The translations under genes were made by a program, and so were the position numbers. Below the pieces are notes generated by a model. It was not told the DNA's origin. It did not search any database and worked only from the letters and a program-made list of their open reading frames with translations. From Acidobacteriota bacterium (lineage in GTDB: Bacteria; Acidobacteriota; Vicinamibacteria; Vicinamibacterales; 2-12-FULL-66-21), in assembly GCA_031393955.1 (NCBI GenBank), contig JANMWI010000046.1, positions 185-64,184 on the forward strand: 64,000 bases of DNA, in the 5' to 3' direction. Position 1 is the first letter of the stretch. Every line of letters begins with the position of its first letter. Below are positions 63,713 to 64,000 of the stretch, one piece after another.

Positions 63713-64000
63713 TACGCCGCCAGGCCCTCGTCGACCCGGTACAACAGCTCCTCGACGAGACGGGCGCCGGCCTCAGTGACCATCAGCTGCAGCGGACTGC
63801 GGCCCCGGAACTGGCGCTTGGCGGCGCGGAGCCACGGCCAGGCGCGGGCGGGCTCGCCGAACACCTGCTCGGCCAGCGCGGCGATTCGGGCGAGGCGGAC
63901 GGCGCGGTCCGATTCCTCCCGGCTCAGGGGTTCGCGGCGGGTCCGCCGATGCGTCAGCGTCCGTCGCGGGGCGATGAGCGCATGGATTTCATCGTCGGTC
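63712..64000 (-). CDS. Xre-like antitoxin with DUF2384 (MbcA/ParS-type) toxin-binding domain; the 5' end lies outside the window
   Basis: My hand translation of the minus strand gives '...LSREESDRAVRLARIAALAEQVFGEPARAWPWLRAAKRQFRGRSPLQLMVTEAGARLVEELLYRVDEGLAA*'. The TAG at 63712-63714 overlaps the toxin GTG. Confidence 0.8.
   Translation of the reverse strand, partial: TDDEIHALIAPRRTLTHRRTRREPLSREESDRAVRLARIAALAEQVFGEPARAWPWLRAAKRQFRGRSPLQLMVTEAGARLVEELLYRVDEGLAA

Overview
This is a very GC-rich bacterial chromosomal window with about 50 protein-coding genes. I found no rRNA, tRNA or CRISPR array. All family calls come from reading motifs in the supplied translations; no similarity search was run.

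The gene content suggests an Acidobacteriota-like organism, as inference only. It includes TonB-dependent receptors with an N-terminal carboxypeptidase-regulatory-like domain, many Tat-signal enzymes, and DUF885, CRTAC1 and DUF5916 proteins.

Layout:
- 1-7.2 kb: DNA repair and envelope genes. These are lhr (cut by the window edge) overlapping a nei-type glycosylase, a stand-alone VKOR, and a class A PBP.
- 7.3-20.5 kb: mixed housekeeping and secreted enzymes.
- 20.5-37 kb: two convergent gene sets around a TonB-dependent receptor. They encode signal-peptide-bearing homologues of normally cytoplasmic sugar-acid enzymes: ManD-like and MR/MLE enolases, an amidohydrolase_2 lactonase-like protein, a UxuA-like dehydratase and two RraA-like proteins. 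An ABC-2 exporter and a CRTAC1 protein are also present, together with a NarX/NarL-type two-component system joined by start/stop overlaps to cysH.
- 37-42 kb: a second TonB-dependent receptor coupled to a DUF885 gene.
- 42-56.8 kb: pckG, gabD, a FIST/hybrid kinase pair, pgm and a GH144-like gene.
- 56.8-63.2 kb: a minus-strand ECF sigma, anti-sigma, 982-aa HExxH/propeller protein and PrsW cluster, with a divergent STAS gene.
- 63.3-64 kb: a RES/Xre toxin-antitoxin pair, cut by the window edge.

Most interesting observations:
- The putative periplasmic sugar-acid pathway.
- An anti-sigma factor whose extracytoplasmic part is about 34 tandem nonapeptide repeats, sitting in an operon-like arrangement with a PrsW-type protease.
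- A 148-bp element with perfect 25-bp inverted termini that supplies the stop codon of one gene and the start codon of the next. A solo half-copy lies 3.7 kb upstream.
- A nine-unit octanucleotide array.
- A DUF885 gene whose first 184 codons are missed by ATG/GTG/TTG ORF calling and which appears to start at CTG.

Most of the long alternative-frame ORFs in the track are GC-driven artefacts.
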